Assembly (NCBI GenBank): GCA_964570965.1 | Contig: CAZNAX010000001.1 | Coordinates: 105,469-169,468 of the forward strand | Origin: an uncultured Desulfatibacillum sp. | GTDB taxonomy: Bacteria > Desulfobacterota > Desulfobacteria > Desulfobacterales > SpSt-501 | Direction of reading: 5' to 3' | DNA length: 64,000 bases | Part shown: in pieces, positions 1 to 8,575 of the stretch | Numbering within the stretch: the stretch's first letter is position 1 | Layout: every line of letters starts with the position of its first letter | Position numbers and translations under genes: made by a program | Notes under the pieces: model-generated | Database searches by the model: none | What the model saw: the letters and a program-made list of their open reading frames with translations, nothing else | Told to the model about the DNA's origin: nothing

Positions 1-4
1 ATAC

Positions 5-325
5 GTGATGGACCTGACGAAGTCGATCAGCGACTCGTATCTCGACCCAAAGATCAAATGCACAATCTGTGGGAAAGAGCATCCGCAGATTGGTGTGGCG
101 TACCGAAGACCGCGTGGGATGTTGGGATGTTGGGTGCAGTTCCAGTATCTGGGGAAGATGCAAGTTCCAGACCTTAGCGTCCCGATAGATGTGCCAAGGT
201 GGCCAGTCGGAACGAGGCTCCTCAATCAGGAGGAGAACTCGAGGAACTGGCATAGAGGAGAGGAGATAGGGAGTAAAGATGGCGGCGGCGGGCAGGTGGA
301 TGAAGTTCTGGTGTACGAGAAGTGA
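5..325 (+). CDS. hypothetical protein (weak call; the frame is open to the window edge, so this may be the 3' part of a longer gene)
   Basis: ORF track 106 aa; GTG/ATG at 5/8; one CxxC pair; no family recognised; overlaps the next ORF. Confidence 0.3.
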   Translation: MMDLTKSISDSYLDPKIKCTICGKEHPQIGVAYRRPRGMLGCWVQFQYLGKMQVPDLSVPIDVPRWPVGTRLLNQEENSRNWHRGEEIGSKDGGGGQVDEVLVYEK

Positions 326-485
326 ACTGGACTGGGAGATCATAAGCAGACCGATTGACATCGATCGGTTTGTGGAATGTGATGAGATGCGCATTCGTAC
401 TGAAGATGCGTGTCCTGATGACCAGAGCAGATGGCAGAGGCTCTACTATGTGGTAGACAGTCCCCATCAAAATGAGCCTACCTGA
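279..485 (+). CDS. hypothetical protein (weak call)
   Basis: ORF track 68 aa; overlaps the previous ORF in another frame; no motif recognised. Confidence 0.3.
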   Translation: MAAAGRWMKFWCTRSELDWEIISRPIDIDRFVECDEMRIRTEDACPDDQSRWQRLYYVVDSPHQNEPT

Positions 486-550
486 TCTAATAAATCCCCC
501 ATACAAAAGAAAAGGGGACATCCAGCCATCTGCTGAATGTTCTCTTAGCT

Positions 551-559
551 TGTTATAAG
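551..559 (+). promoter_or_regulatory. extended -10-like element TGtTATAAG upstream of gene 596
   Basis: TG-n-TATAAG lies 37 nt upstream of ATG 596 in a 110-nt intergenic gap. The same TATAAG core recurs upstream of three minus-strand genes. Confidence 0.3.
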
Positions 560-595
560 GAGGATGGACCGAAAGGATCTTAGGAGGTAAGTGAG

Positions 596-907
596 ATGTC
601 GAAAGAACTAGACGATCTCAAAGATTGGGTAATGGTGCAGTATGAGAGATCTACACGTGATCAAAAAGATGCACCTTACGATAGTGACTTCTACCGGGCG
701 CAAGGTAGGATTTCAGCGTACGAGAATGTGATTGAGCGAATTGATGTAATGCTGGCTGAAGAAAGGGAACCAAATAGAGTAATAGAACGCCCTAAGACGA
801 TCATGGAACTTATGGGTGTAGATCAAAAGCAAGAGATCATTCAGTTTGAGGATCGTGAGCGAGTTGAGGAGTTACAGCGGCAAGGATATGGAAAGGGAGG
901 TAAGTGA
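596..907 (+). CDS. hypothetical protein
   Basis: AGGAGG 8 nt upstream of the ATG; 103 aa; no motif recognised. Confidence 0.7.
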   Translation: MSKELDDLKDWVMVQYERSTRDQKDAPYDSDFYRAQGRISAYENVIERIDVMLAEEREPNRVIERPKTIMELMGVDQKQEIIQFEDRERVEELQRQGYGKGGK

Positions 908-908
908 G

Positions 909-1280
909 ATGGCTATAAGATGGTCTGGAGATTTGAAGATCAACATCAAGGTGAACGAAGCTGATCGTGAGGGTTGGTTGTACGACTGTACAGTCAGCGT
1001 TCCCAAATGTCACTGCTCACCCAAATGCAAACCCAAGAAGGTGCAGGTCCGCATGGCGCAAGCGGACAAGGAGAAGTATGCAGAGGACAATCCTGTGGCG
1101 TTCGACAAGATCGCTCAGTCAGCGATCAGTTTCGTTGTTGATGAGCATGAAGAGGAGTACGAATTCATGTCCGCTCATTCGTGCACGACAGAGGATGGCA
1201 ACAACTGGTTCATTTCCAGGAGAGAAGCTGGAAGCTGGGAACCATTGCTAGGAGGATCAGATGGACTACCGAGAGGATGA
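909..1280 (+). CDS. hypothetical protein
   Basis: ATG 909 follows the upstream TGA (905-907). Track ORF 846..1280 is trimmed to this ATG. Confidence 0.6.
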   Translation: MAIRWSGDLKINIKVNEADREGWLYDCTVSVPKCHCSPKCKPKKVQVRMAQADKEKYAEDNPVAFDKIAQSAISFVVDEHEEEYEFMSAHSCTTEDGNNWFISRREAGSWEPLLGGSDGLPRG

Positions 1281-1443
1281 GAAGTTGTGTAAACGATGTG
1301 GGCAACCACTGGATGAAGAGGAACAGTGCGAGTGCTGTGATGAGGGTGTGGACACAGAAGATGTTGCAGAGTGCAGGAGAGAGTATGAGAGGGAACAGGC
1401 GTCTCTCCGGCTTGAGAACTACCTGAGACGATGTGGGAGTTAG
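1261..1443 (+). CDS. small zinc-ribbon-like protein
   Basis: 60 aa with CKRCG ... CECC cysteine pairs; 20-nt overlap with the upstream gene. Confidence 0.55.
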   Translation: MDYREDEKLCKRCGQPLDEEEQCECCDEGVDTEDVAECRREYEREQASLRLENYLRRCGS

Positions 1444-1446
1444 ATC

Positions 1447-1761
1447 ATGGACAAGCCCTTGTACGTCATTGATACTGGGATGAACTACGATCGTCCGGTA
1501 CAGAAGGGTCAATGGGCGGTTTCAGACATCACCGGTAAGGGTGCTGAGATCATAAACGAGTGGCTCATGGAGAAGACCAGGGCTCTCGTTGATGAGCTGA
1601 AGTACGCGAAGCTGGAAGGTACGGGGAAGATCGACGTTTCCAAGCTGTCCGATCATTTTGACATCACCATTGAGGTATCGGTGTCGATCATTCCGTCTAC
1701 CAAGAAACCCAAGAAGACTCCAGTGAAAGATGAAGTTGTGAAGAGAAAGGCAGCAAGATGA
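1447..1761 (+). CDS. hypothetical protein
   Basis: 104 aa; starts 4 nt after the upstream stop; 4-nt ATGA overlap with the next gene. Confidence 0.7.
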   Translation: MDKPLYVIDTGMNYDRPVQKGQWAVSDITGKGAEIINEWLMEKTRALVDELKYAKLEGTGKIDVSKLSDHFDITIEVSVSIIPSTKKPKKTPVKDEVVKRKAAR

Positions 1762-2057
1762 AACACGGAGTCATGTACTTCTCCTGGAACTCACAACTTG
1801 GATCATCTATTCCTGGGCTCTCGGAACAGCAAGTAGAGGGTGAGACTGACGAGGACCTGCTGCTTCAGGTAGAGAAGGTGCTTGAGAGGTACTACATACA
1901 GTGCTTCAAGAACAAACCAGAAGAGGTGTTGTTCGCGATATGTGAGGATGGTGAGCCTGTAGGGATGGAGAAGCTGGGGAACAAGTACAACGTCAAGGTC
2001 AGCATCACCATGATGCTCGAGCCGAAGAAGGAGAGGAAAGCGTGGAAGCAGAAGTAA
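1758..2057 (+). CDS. hypothetical protein
   Basis: 99 aa; translationally coupled to its neighbours. Confidence 0.7.
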   Translation: MKHGVMYFSWNSQLGSSIPGLSEQQVEGETDEDLLLQVEKVLERYYIQCFKNKPEEVLFAICEDGEPVGMEKLGNKYNVKVSITMMLEPKKERKAWKQK

Positions 2058-2776
2058 GGGATCGGATATTGGCCGATCAGAAAGGTCCATTAGTCGTACA
2101 GTGTACAGCGAATGTACCCTACATAGGGTGCTACCACGAACCCAACTACTGGCTCCTAAAGGATAGCAGTATCTACCCCCTCTATATCTCTGGTGATGCG
2201 TGGTCCAAGTTCAGGCTTGGTGAGCAGGTATCGACATGGCTAGAGGGAATAGAGGAGATTCACCTGCACCGCGTACACTTTCTAGAGGTGATGGAGGGCT
2301 GGGATAGGTACGACGATTGGGATGTAAGGGAGCTGGAGAATTGGCATCTGGACAACTACAACGTGCTCAATATGATCACGGCGGTGCTCACCTGTCATGA
2401 GCTGCCTACTCCGATCTGGCGTTGCTCTGTGTGCAAGAAAGACTGTCGTGGGCTAGCCAAGTTCCTGGGCTACCGAGGTAACGGCGGCATAGGAATCTTC
2501 CTAGAAGATCCCGTCTGCGACGATTGTTTTCACGACACGGTTCGATGGTGCGAGGGGTGCTGCAGGTACATCAATGTCACCGGAAGGGGGTGGTGCCCGC
2601 ATGACACTGGTGATCTCGACGAAGATGCAGTAGAGCACAGGCTCCATCTACCAGACGATCAGGCCGAGGCATTTGGTCTGACTGGTAGACAGTTCTTGGG
2701 TCCAGATGGTGATGCAGAGGGACTTCGGGGAGTATCCATCGTCATTATGCAGAAGGGAGTTGATCATGTATCATGA
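2042..2776 (+). CDS. cysteine-rich hypothetical protein
   Basis: 244 aa; GTG start overlaps the upstream 3' end. The C-terminal half carries CSVCKKDC, CDDC and CEGCC clusters, suggesting metal binding. Confidence 0.6.
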   Translation: MEAEVRDRILADQKGPLVVQCTANVPYIGCYHEPNYWLLKDSSIYPLYISGDAWSKFRLGEQVSTWLEGIEEIHLHRVHFLEVMEGWDRYDDWDVRELENWHLDNYNVLNMITAVLTCHELPTPIWRCSVCKKDCRGLAKFLGYRGNGGIGIFLEDPVCDDCFHDTVRWCEGCCRYINVTGRGWCPHDTGDLDEDAVEHRLHLPDDQAEAFGLTGRQFLGPDGDAEGLRGVSIVIMQKGVDHVS

Positions 2777-3170
2777 CGATCCAATAAAGAAGCAGTACGA
2801 CGAGACTATTCAAAAATGCGTTACTGAACTGCAGGTGATTGGATGGAGGGCAAGAGCGTGTTCGGAAGTCGCTGGGTACCAGAACGGTATTGCTATGCGT
2901 CTTCAGGCTGATGTGGTCGAGAACATGCATATTGCACTTCAGAGGATCATTGACTCCGGCGGAATGCCGCCATTGAAAGAGATAAACAAGCTGATGGAGT
3001 TTCCGGTTACGATGGTGATTCCCGTAGAAGAATTGTACGCGGAACACCCTCTCAGCAAAGAGTCGATTGAACAGAAGATGAAGATGTGGTCTGGATCACC
3101 AATGTCTACCGTCAGCGTTGGGAGTGAGGTTAGGAAAGATGATTGCTCAATTTGTGGGGAGAAGAAATAG
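2766..3170 (+). CDS. hypothetical protein
   Basis: ATG 2766 preceded by AAGGGAG. Track ORF 2706..3170 is trimmed to this ATG. C-terminal CSIC pair. Confidence 0.6.
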   Translation: MYHDDPIKKQYDETIQKCVTELQVIGWRARACSEVAGYQNGIAMRLQADVVENMHIALQRIIDSGGMPPLKEINKLMEFPVTMVIPVEELYAEHPLSKESIEQKMKMWSGSPMSTVSVGSEVRKDDCSICGEKK

Positions 3171-3200
3171 TTTGTACTCTATACCACGGAGGTCCGCCTG

Positions 3201-3524
3201 ATGACCTATGCACGGGTGGGCAAGCAGGTGCTCGAGTTCAACGGCAAGAACAACCGGAAGAACTACAGCACTGCAGGGAAAGAACAGACCAGGGCGAGCG
3301 TAGAGTGTCAGGCACCTCCTCCCTCTTTTGTTCTGCGAATGATCGATAGGGTGCTTCAACCCCTTTCGGAGGCATTGAGTGCAAAGATCAACAGTATCGT
3401 TGTTGGTGCTGTGTTCAATGGCTGCAACTACCGATTCTGGATCAGTACTGTTTCCAGCAAGACATCTATCTCTGTGTTTGGCAATGCCGGCAATGGTCCA
3501 ACAATCAGGGTGATAAAGGAATGA
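3201..3524 (+). CDS. hypothetical protein
   Basis: 107 aa; 4-nt overlap with the next gene. Confidence 0.5.
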   Translation: MTYARVGKQVLEFNGKNNRKNYSTAGKEQTRASVECQAPPPSFVLRMIDRVLQPLSEALSAKINSIVVGAVFNGCNYRFWISTVSSKTSISVFGNAGNGPTIRVIKE

Positions 3525-3877
3525 CGATCAAAACGAAGAATCGAGTGACTATAAGGGGGTTCGTTGGCAGGTACGTCCGATTGCCAGGTAAGAGAGGTGA
3601 TCCGGCCAGATTTGATGTTGGTACGGTAGAGAGGTTCAGAACAGACAGTGGCGAGCTGATCACCTCTAAGAACTGGCACACTATTCGGACGTACAACATC
3701 GACCAGGTCGAGGAGTCCATTCACACAGGAGATGTTGTTGAGATAAGTGGCAGGATGGACACTGCACTGGTGAACGGCGCCAAGACTGTGGAAGTTGTGT
3801 CTGACGACATCGAAGTGATCCTGACGCAGGAACAGCGCGATGTGCTGCGAAATGCGATAGAGGATTTTGACGAATAA
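3521..3877 (+). CDS. ssb: single-stranded DNA-binding protein-like (OB fold)
   Basis: NRVTIRGFVG start, W-H (NWHTIRTY), TGDVVEISGRMD and an acidic C-terminal tail (EDFDE) follow the bacterial/phage SSB pattern. Confidence 0.6.
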   Translation: MTIKTKNRVTIRGFVGRYVRLPGKRGDPARFDVGTVERFRTDSGELITSKNWHTIRTYNIDQVEESIHTGDVVEISGRMDTALVNGAKTVEVVSDDIEVILTQEQRDVLRNAIEDFDE

Positions 3878-3900
3878 GATCGAGAGACGAGGGAGTGAGA

Positions 3901-5013
3901 ATGGACAAGGATGTTGCACGAGAAACATTGAGTCAACTTGATCAGTACACGAAGGCGATCAGTAAGTTCGTTGGAGTGTCTTGTACTGGTAAGAGCAAGA
4001 ACCATTCGGGTCCATTCCAGTTCGGAAGACCCTTCGGTGCAATCAATCACTTCACGTACTCGAATTCAGCCGTGTCGAGCAGGAACCCGTACGGGAGAAT
4101 ACCGATCCTATTGAACAGGTTCGCTCGTGGATCGAATCAGGGGGTAGGTGTTCAGTTCATCGTGTGGGATCATCTTGTTCCGAGATTCGTTGAATTCAGA
4201 TCTAGATTCTCACTGCTGAAAGACATGCCCTCGGAGGTATTCTTCTTCGGTGATGATCTAGCTTTCTGGCACGCTGGGTGGGTGAATCAGTGGACGTACG
4301 GAGTGGAGATCAGAAACTGTGGAAGACTGCTGCACAAGGACGGAGTCTGTTTCTGGGGTAGCAAGGGTTTGAGGTATGAAGGAAGACCCCCAATCAAGAT
4401 TGGAAACTCATGGTGGGAGCCATATAGCAAGCAGCAGATCACAGCGACTCTCTGGATACATAGACTCATGGCGTCTGTTCACGACATCAAGCCGCAATGG
4501 TTTCTAGGGCACTACCACGTAGCCAACACAAGAACTGATCCAGGAATCCACTTTCCTCTACGAGAGATGCGGGAGTACGCTCTATTCGATGGCAAGAAGG
4601 ACATACCGATCAACGGTATTGCATTTCTAAGCGATCACCCGCTCGATATCGTTGAGACTGACGGTGGTGGTCTGATTGATACAGACAACCTTGCTGATAC
4701 TGTTTCCAGAAACGATGCTATGGACGGTGCAGACCCGTCATTCGATCCTGAAGTGATTCCAGAGTTTCGCAGAGTGATTGGTACCAGCAACGTCAAAAGG
4801 AAGTTGGCGTACCTTGGTTATTATCCTGGACTGATCAATGACGAGATCAATACTCAGTATGTAGACACGCTCAAGGCGTTTCAAGGAAGGTGGAAGGTAC
4901 GTGGAGCACATAGGAGGTTTGAGAACGAGCTTGAGATCACTGGCGAGTTCAATCCAGAAACTGGATTGAAGTTGGATCAGATGATTGTTCAGTATGATTC
5001 GTTTGTGAGGTGA
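3901..5013 (+). CDS. endolysin: N-acetylmuramoyl-L-alanine amidase (Amidase_2/PGRP-type) with a C-terminal PG_binding_1-like domain
   Basis: GHYHVANTRTDPGIHFP and upstream His-containing segments fit Amidase_2. KRKLAYLGYYPG...DTLKAFQGRW fits the peptidoglycan-binding repeat. GGGAG SD 5 nt before ATG 3901. Confidence 0.7.
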   Translation: MDKDVARETLSQLDQYTKAISKFVGVSCTGKSKNHSGPFQFGRPFGAINHFTYSNSAVSSRNPYGRIPILLNRFARGSNQGVGVQFIVWDHLVPRFVEFRSRFSLLKDMPSEVFFFGDDLAFWHAGWVNQWTYGVEIRNCGRLLHKDGVCFWGSKGLRYEGRPPIKIGNSWWEPYSKQQITATLWIHRLMASVHDIKPQWFLGHYHVANTRTDPGIHFPLREMREYALFDGKKDIPINGIAFLSDHPLDIVETDGGGLIDTDNLADTVSRNDAMDGADPSFDPEVIPEFRRVIGTSNVKRKLAYLGYYPGLINDEINTQYVDTLKAFQGRWKVRGAHRRFENELEITGEFNPETGLKLDQMIVQYDSFVR

Positions 5014-5014
5014 G

Positions 5015-5188
5015 ATGACAGAGTTGGGAGCGAGGCTCTTGGCGGCTAGCTTGGGGTGGTTTGAAAACGAATCGAGGTGTAGCAAGAAGCAGTACGTCAC
5101 CTCGATTCGTCCCGGAGTTGTTCTATTCGTTGGGATTCTGCTAGGCTATCTATTGGCGATGATCGTTACGACGGTCATAAGTAGATAG
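5015..5188 (+). CDS. small tail-anchored membrane protein (57 aa), holin-like candidate; not in the ORF track
   Basis: ATG 5015 lies 1 nt after the endolysin stop. My hand translation is MTELGARLLAASLGWFENESRCSKKQYVTSIRPGVVLFVGILLGYLLAMIVTTVISR, with one C-terminal hydrophobic span. Confidence 0.5.
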   Translation: MTELGARLLAASLGWFENESRCSKKQYVTSIRPGVVLFVGILLGYLLAMIVTTVISR

Positions 5189-5229
5189 CATCCGCGTTTG
5201 ATCCACTATGCGTGGTAAGGAGGTAAGGG

Positions 5230-6189
5230 ATGCAACGATTCATCCCCGGATCGCTGACTCTTGTCAGCTTGGCTGTGACCTTAGCTCTACTGATTGGGTG
5301 TAGTATGCCGCCGGTAGTAGAGGACGCAGACGTACAGGAGGAAGTGATCGAGGAGGTAGTGGTTCAGGAAGAGGAGCCTGCTGTGGAGCCAGTAGTTACC
5401 TGGCGAGAGGTTGCGGCAGAGATCAGAGGGGATCTATCAGAGCACTGGGTATTGAGCGACTCAATGCTCTATGATCCTGCCAATGTGGTCTTCAGACTCG
5501 CTACCGAAAGGGGCGAGGATCCGATCATAATGGCATACGAGATGACTGATCTGGCAAACACCATCCTTGAGATGCAGCCGGCGTTCATTGATGGGAGAGA
5601 AGGAGGCTACCAAAGAGCGTTGTTGATAGCTTTGGACATCTATCGTGGGACGCTAGAGTTCCAGGATACTTCTTGTTCTGAGTTAGTGGATCAATTCACT
5701 GCTCCAGATCTAGAGAAGCAGATACCAAAGATCAACCCCTACATCATGGCAGCAATGGGTTACAGAGAATCTCGGTTCATGAAGAGGACCGAAGTAGGGT
5801 ACGTCTGGAGGAAGGGACAAAAGGTCCAGGACTGTAGATGGTGTCGTGGATCTAGGGGCGAACGAGGTATGTTCCAGTTCATGCCTGGTGGTCTCATACA
5901 AAGACTCATGCCTAGTGATTGTAGGAACCCATTCGATCGTCTCTGTAGTGTTAGGGGCGCTGCCAAAGCATTGGCAACGATCAGATGCGTTTGCATTGCC
6001 ACCTTTGGATCGCGCTGCAACGTAGACACATTCGTTGCGGGCTACGGACTATCCAGAATGCCACGTCCAAGCGAGGCCAGGATGGTGAAGAGTGTAGTCA
6101 GAGCTAGAGGCTACCTCTGCAACGTACGCAACGACTGCGATGATCTATGGTCGCAGGACCACGATGATCAGTTCTCGCTGTCTCTATGA
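5230..6189 (+). CDS. lipoprotein with a lytic transglycosylase (SLT-like) domain
   Basis: Signal peptide plus lipobox LLIGC. YRESRF ... GMFQFMP matches the SLT catalytic Glu-Ser and G-x-MQ motifs. AAGGAGG SD. Confidence 0.65.
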   Translation: MQRFIPGSLTLVSLAVTLALLIGCSMPPVVEDADVQEEVIEEVVVQEEEPAVEPVVTWREVAAEIRGDLSEHWVLSDSMLYDPANVVFRLATERGEDPIIMAYEMTDLANTILEMQPAFIDGREGGYQRALLIALDIYRGTLEFQDTSCSELVDQFTAPDLEKQIPKINPYIMAAMGYRESRFMKRTEVGYVWRKGQKVQDCRWCRGSRGERGMFQFMPGGLIQRLMPSDCRNPFDRLCSVRGAAKALATIRCVCIATFGSRCNVDTFVAGYGLSRMPRPSEARMVKSVVRARGYLCNVRNDCDDLWSQDHDDQFSLSL

Positions 6190-6770
6190 ACCTAGTGATC
6201 GGGATTGATGGGGTCGGTTTGGGCGCCCTTGCCGGCCCCATCACTATAGCTGCAGTTGTCATGGAGAGGGATCAGACCATCAAAGGAGTCCGTGACTCCA
6301 AGAAGGTCTCCAAGAATAGAAGAATTGATCTAGTCCATGACATAGACCGACAGAGTCTTTTCTGGATCATGGCTCAGTCGAGCTCGAAGGCAATCGACAA
6401 GTACGGTATACGTACGTGCAACCTGACGTGCATGAAGTGGTGCGCCAAGATCGCTATGAAGTTGTATCCGGACGCGCTAGTGATTGTAGATGGTACTGAT
6501 CCAGTACCCGACATCGCAGCGTCAAAGCAAAGAGTAGTGATCAAAGCGGACGACAAGTTCATGTCGGTAGGTGCAGCTTCGATAATAGCCAAGGTCCAGA
6601 GGGACAAGTATATGGTCTCTCTGAGCACAGAGTGGCCCGCCTATTTGTTCCATGATCACAAAGGATACGGAACCAGAGATCATATTCATGCCCTCAACAA
6701 GTACGGTCCGTGTCCTGAGCATAGAGTGAGCTATGGTCCAGTAAAGCGGGCGAGCAGAAGGAATAGCTAG
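6186..6770 (+). CDS. rnhB: RNase HII-like protein with an atypical first catalytic motif
   Basis: DSKK, VDG, ADDK..AASIIAKVQRD and HKGYGT...HRVSYGPVKRA align by eye to E. coli RNase HII. The first motif is GIDGVGLG instead of GVDEVGRG. Confidence 0.75.
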   Translation: MNLVIGIDGVGLGALAGPITIAAVVMERDQTIKGVRDSKKVSKNRRIDLVHDIDRQSLFWIMAQSSSKAIDKYGIRTCNLTCMKWCAKIAMKLYPDALVIVDGTDPVPDIAASKQRVVIKADDKFMSVGAASIIAKVQRDKYMVSLSTEWPAYLFHDHKGYGTRDHIHALNKYGPCPEHRVSYGPVKRASRRNS

Positions 6771-6773
6771 AGT

Positions 6774-7547
6774 ATGCCACCAGAACAAGTAGAGATGTTC
6801 GAGGAACTGCGCTCAGTAAAGGGATGGCAGAGATGGCGAGCAAAACAAAAGGAAGAGCTAGGCATGTCGACGCAAGTAGAGATGTTCCTGAATGAGGCAC
6901 TGACTGTATTCAAGGAAGAGTTGTACAGAAAGCTCCGAGAGGTCATTGGGATACCTGACGGCGCTACCTTCGATATTGATGCCGCCTGCGAAATGATCTC
7001 ATCATTGAAGACGACGATCGATGTCCTGCAGAAGGTACGTACCTCCGAGCTCAACGCGAGGGGTGATCTTGCCGCTATGCTAATGGGAAACTGGGATGAG
7101 ATGATCCCATGGTCAAAATTGATTGATAGAGTGAGGGAGCTGATGATAAAGGCAAACGAATCCGAAAGTGGCGCGACAGAAGCCGTGCCATACGCATACC
7201 CGCCTGTTTGGTCGAATGTAGTCCATCTGAACAATCATGGCATGTGGCCTGGCGCAGTCATTCCAGTGTGGGTTGTGGAGCGTGTAAAAAGGTGGAAGTG
7301 TGGTCCAACAGATATCAAGATTCTCATGTGTGCGGCCAATTACGAGATTGAGAGGCTTCAGAAGCTGATCGAGATCACCAACGAGGTGCGAGACGAGGCC
7401 ATACAAAAGGCCAATAGGCTGGAGGGGCTGATCAGTAATTGTATCATCTGTCTTGATGATGCGCGAGACCGCATTTCTGGTATACGTAGCACGTTCGATA
7501 TCGTCAGCGAAGTGAAAGACAAGATCAAGGTAGATAGAGGAGAGTGA
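6774..7547 (+). CDS. hypothetical protein
   Basis: 257 aa; compact operon position; no motif recognised. Confidence 0.65.
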   Translation: MPPEQVEMFEELRSVKGWQRWRAKQKEELGMSTQVEMFLNEALTVFKEELYRKLREVIGIPDGATFDIDAACEMISSLKTTIDVLQKVRTSELNARGDLAAMLMGNWDEMIPWSKLIDRVRELMIKANESESGATEAVPYAYPPVWSNVVHLNNHGMWPGAVIPVWVVERVKRWKCGPTDIKILMCAANYEIERLQKLIEITNEVRDEAIQKANRLEGLISNCIICLDDARDRISGIRSTFDIVSEVKDKIKVDRGE

Positions 7548-7548
7548 G

Positions 7549-7848
7549 ATGGGTAAGAAGTGCTACAGAGATCTGTCTAGAGAGTGCGTCGGCGTAGACT
7601 GCATGGCGTACCAGGTAGGAAAAGAGTCGAAGGTTCTAGGATTCACGCCGTCAAGTGGGTGTGCCTTCATCATGTCGGCGACACTCGTTGGGACAAATGC
7701 ACTGTTCGAGTTGCAACAGACGCTCAGCGGTATTGGTGCAGCTGGTTCTGGAGTTGGCGGTCTGCTCCAGAAGCTCATCCTCGAGAAAGTGTACGAGGCT
7801 CAACAACGAAAGGCCGAGGCGAAGGAGGAGCCTCGTGGTAGCGAGTGA
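7549..7848 (+). CDS. hypothetical protein
   Basis: 99 aa; starts 2 nt after the upstream stop. Confidence 0.6.
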   Translation: MGKKCYRDLSRECVGVDCMAYQVGKESKVLGFTPSSGCAFIMSATLVGTNALFELQQTLSGIGAAGSGVGGLLQKLILEKVYEAQQRKAEAKEEPRGSE

Positions 7849-7870
7849 CGTAAAGAGCTAAAATGGGGGT

Positions 7871-8107
7871 GTGAGAGTACATCGAAAGATCGGGCTCTTA
7901 GAGTTCCAACTCCGCTGTATCAACTGCGGAGCTGATCAGTTCATGACCGACTATGCCAACCTGAACCTGGGTGACGAAATCCACCCAGGGATAGGTGGCA
8001 ACTCAGAGTACGGTCGGTGCAAGCAGTGTGGGAAAGGGGGCCTGAGAGTTGTAGATCGTGCAGATCTCAGGCCCCCTTCCAACGATCCCCCATACTGGCC
8101 ATTCTGA
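7871..8107 (+). CDS. small zinc-ribbon protein
   Basis: 78 aa; CINCG ... CKQCG; GTG start after a G-rich SD. Confidence 0.55.
   Translation: MRVHRKIGLLEFQLRCINCGADQFMTDYANLNLGDEIHPGIGGNSEYGRCKQCGKGGLRVVDRADLRPPSNDPPYWPF
8036..8076. repeat. perfect 12-bp GC-rich inverted repeat (GGGGGCCTGAGA / TCTCAGGCCCCC) with a 17-nt spacer, inside CDS 7871..8107
   Basis: Arms at 8036-8047 and 8065-8076 are exact reverse complements. Confidence 0.9.
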
Positions 8108-8125
8108 TTTTAGCTAGCTAAGGAA

Positions 8126-8143
8126 AGAGGGAGAGACCCCTCT
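8126..8143. terminator. short hairpin between convergent genes
   Basis: AGAGGG (8126-8131) / CCCTCT (8138-8143) with a 6-nt loop. It lies between the stop of 7871..8107 (+) and the stop of 8168..8461 (-). A TTCCTT tail follows on the minus strand. Confidence 0.35.
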
Positions 8144-8167
8144 AAATGGAGTGGTTTGCAGGGGGAG

Positions 8168-8461
8168 CTACGCTTCGATGTCTTCGTCTTTGTAGGTAGG
8201 ATACGATCCTGGTGGGGTTACAACGTGAACACGTCCTGAGCGTTCACGCTTGTCCACGTCGTCTACTTCGTCTTGTAGCTGGTGTGCCTTACGCTCTAGC
8301 TTCCGTACGCGCTGCTTCAACTCCTCATTGTCGTCACCAATGGCGTAGCCTATTGCGGTGGCTACTGCCAGTAGTCCGATGCTGAGCAGGCCGCCGGCGA
8401 TAGCTACTCCAGCTCCAGACTCCTTCTTTTCCTCTTGTTTCTCCTTCACCTTCCTCGGCAT
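8168..8461 (-). CDS. small membrane protein with a coiled-coil C-terminal part
   Basis: 97 aa. Lys/Glu-rich N-terminus, hydrophobic span GVAIAGGLLSIGLLAVATAIGYAIG, then a charged helix. GGAGGAGAG SD before the ATG. Confidence 0.7.
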   Translation of the reverse strand: MPRKVKEKQEEKKESGAGVAIAGGLLSIGLLAVATAIGYAIGDDNEELKQRVRKLERKAHQLQDEVDDVDKRERSGRVHVVTPPGSYPTYKDEDIEA

Positions 8462-8482
8462 CTCTCCTCCGTGTGAGCTCCT

Positions 8483-8544
8483 AAAAAAGGAGACCAGTCA
8501 CCCACTCTCATTATTGAGGTGCATGTTTGAGGGTCCGGTCTCCT
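8483..8544 (-). promoter_or_regulatory. terminator-like leader hairpin plus U-tract (attenuator candidate) upstream of gene 8168..8461
   Basis: Minus-strand RNA would read AGGAGACC-[41 nt]-GGTCTCCT followed by UUUUUU. Arms are at 8537-8544 and 8488-8495, the A-tract at 8483-8488. The T-tract ends 21 nt before the ATG. Confidence 0.4.
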
Positions 8545-8575
8545 GAAGCCATGAAACATTCTTGGCCTCAATTAT

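Noticed and set aside
6774-7547. Candidate Ku or Gam-like end-binding partner for the ligase/PE domains
   Set aside because: The sequence shows none of the Ku core or Mu Gam features I can recall. No other ORF in the window resembles Ku, so I make no NHEJ-partner claim.
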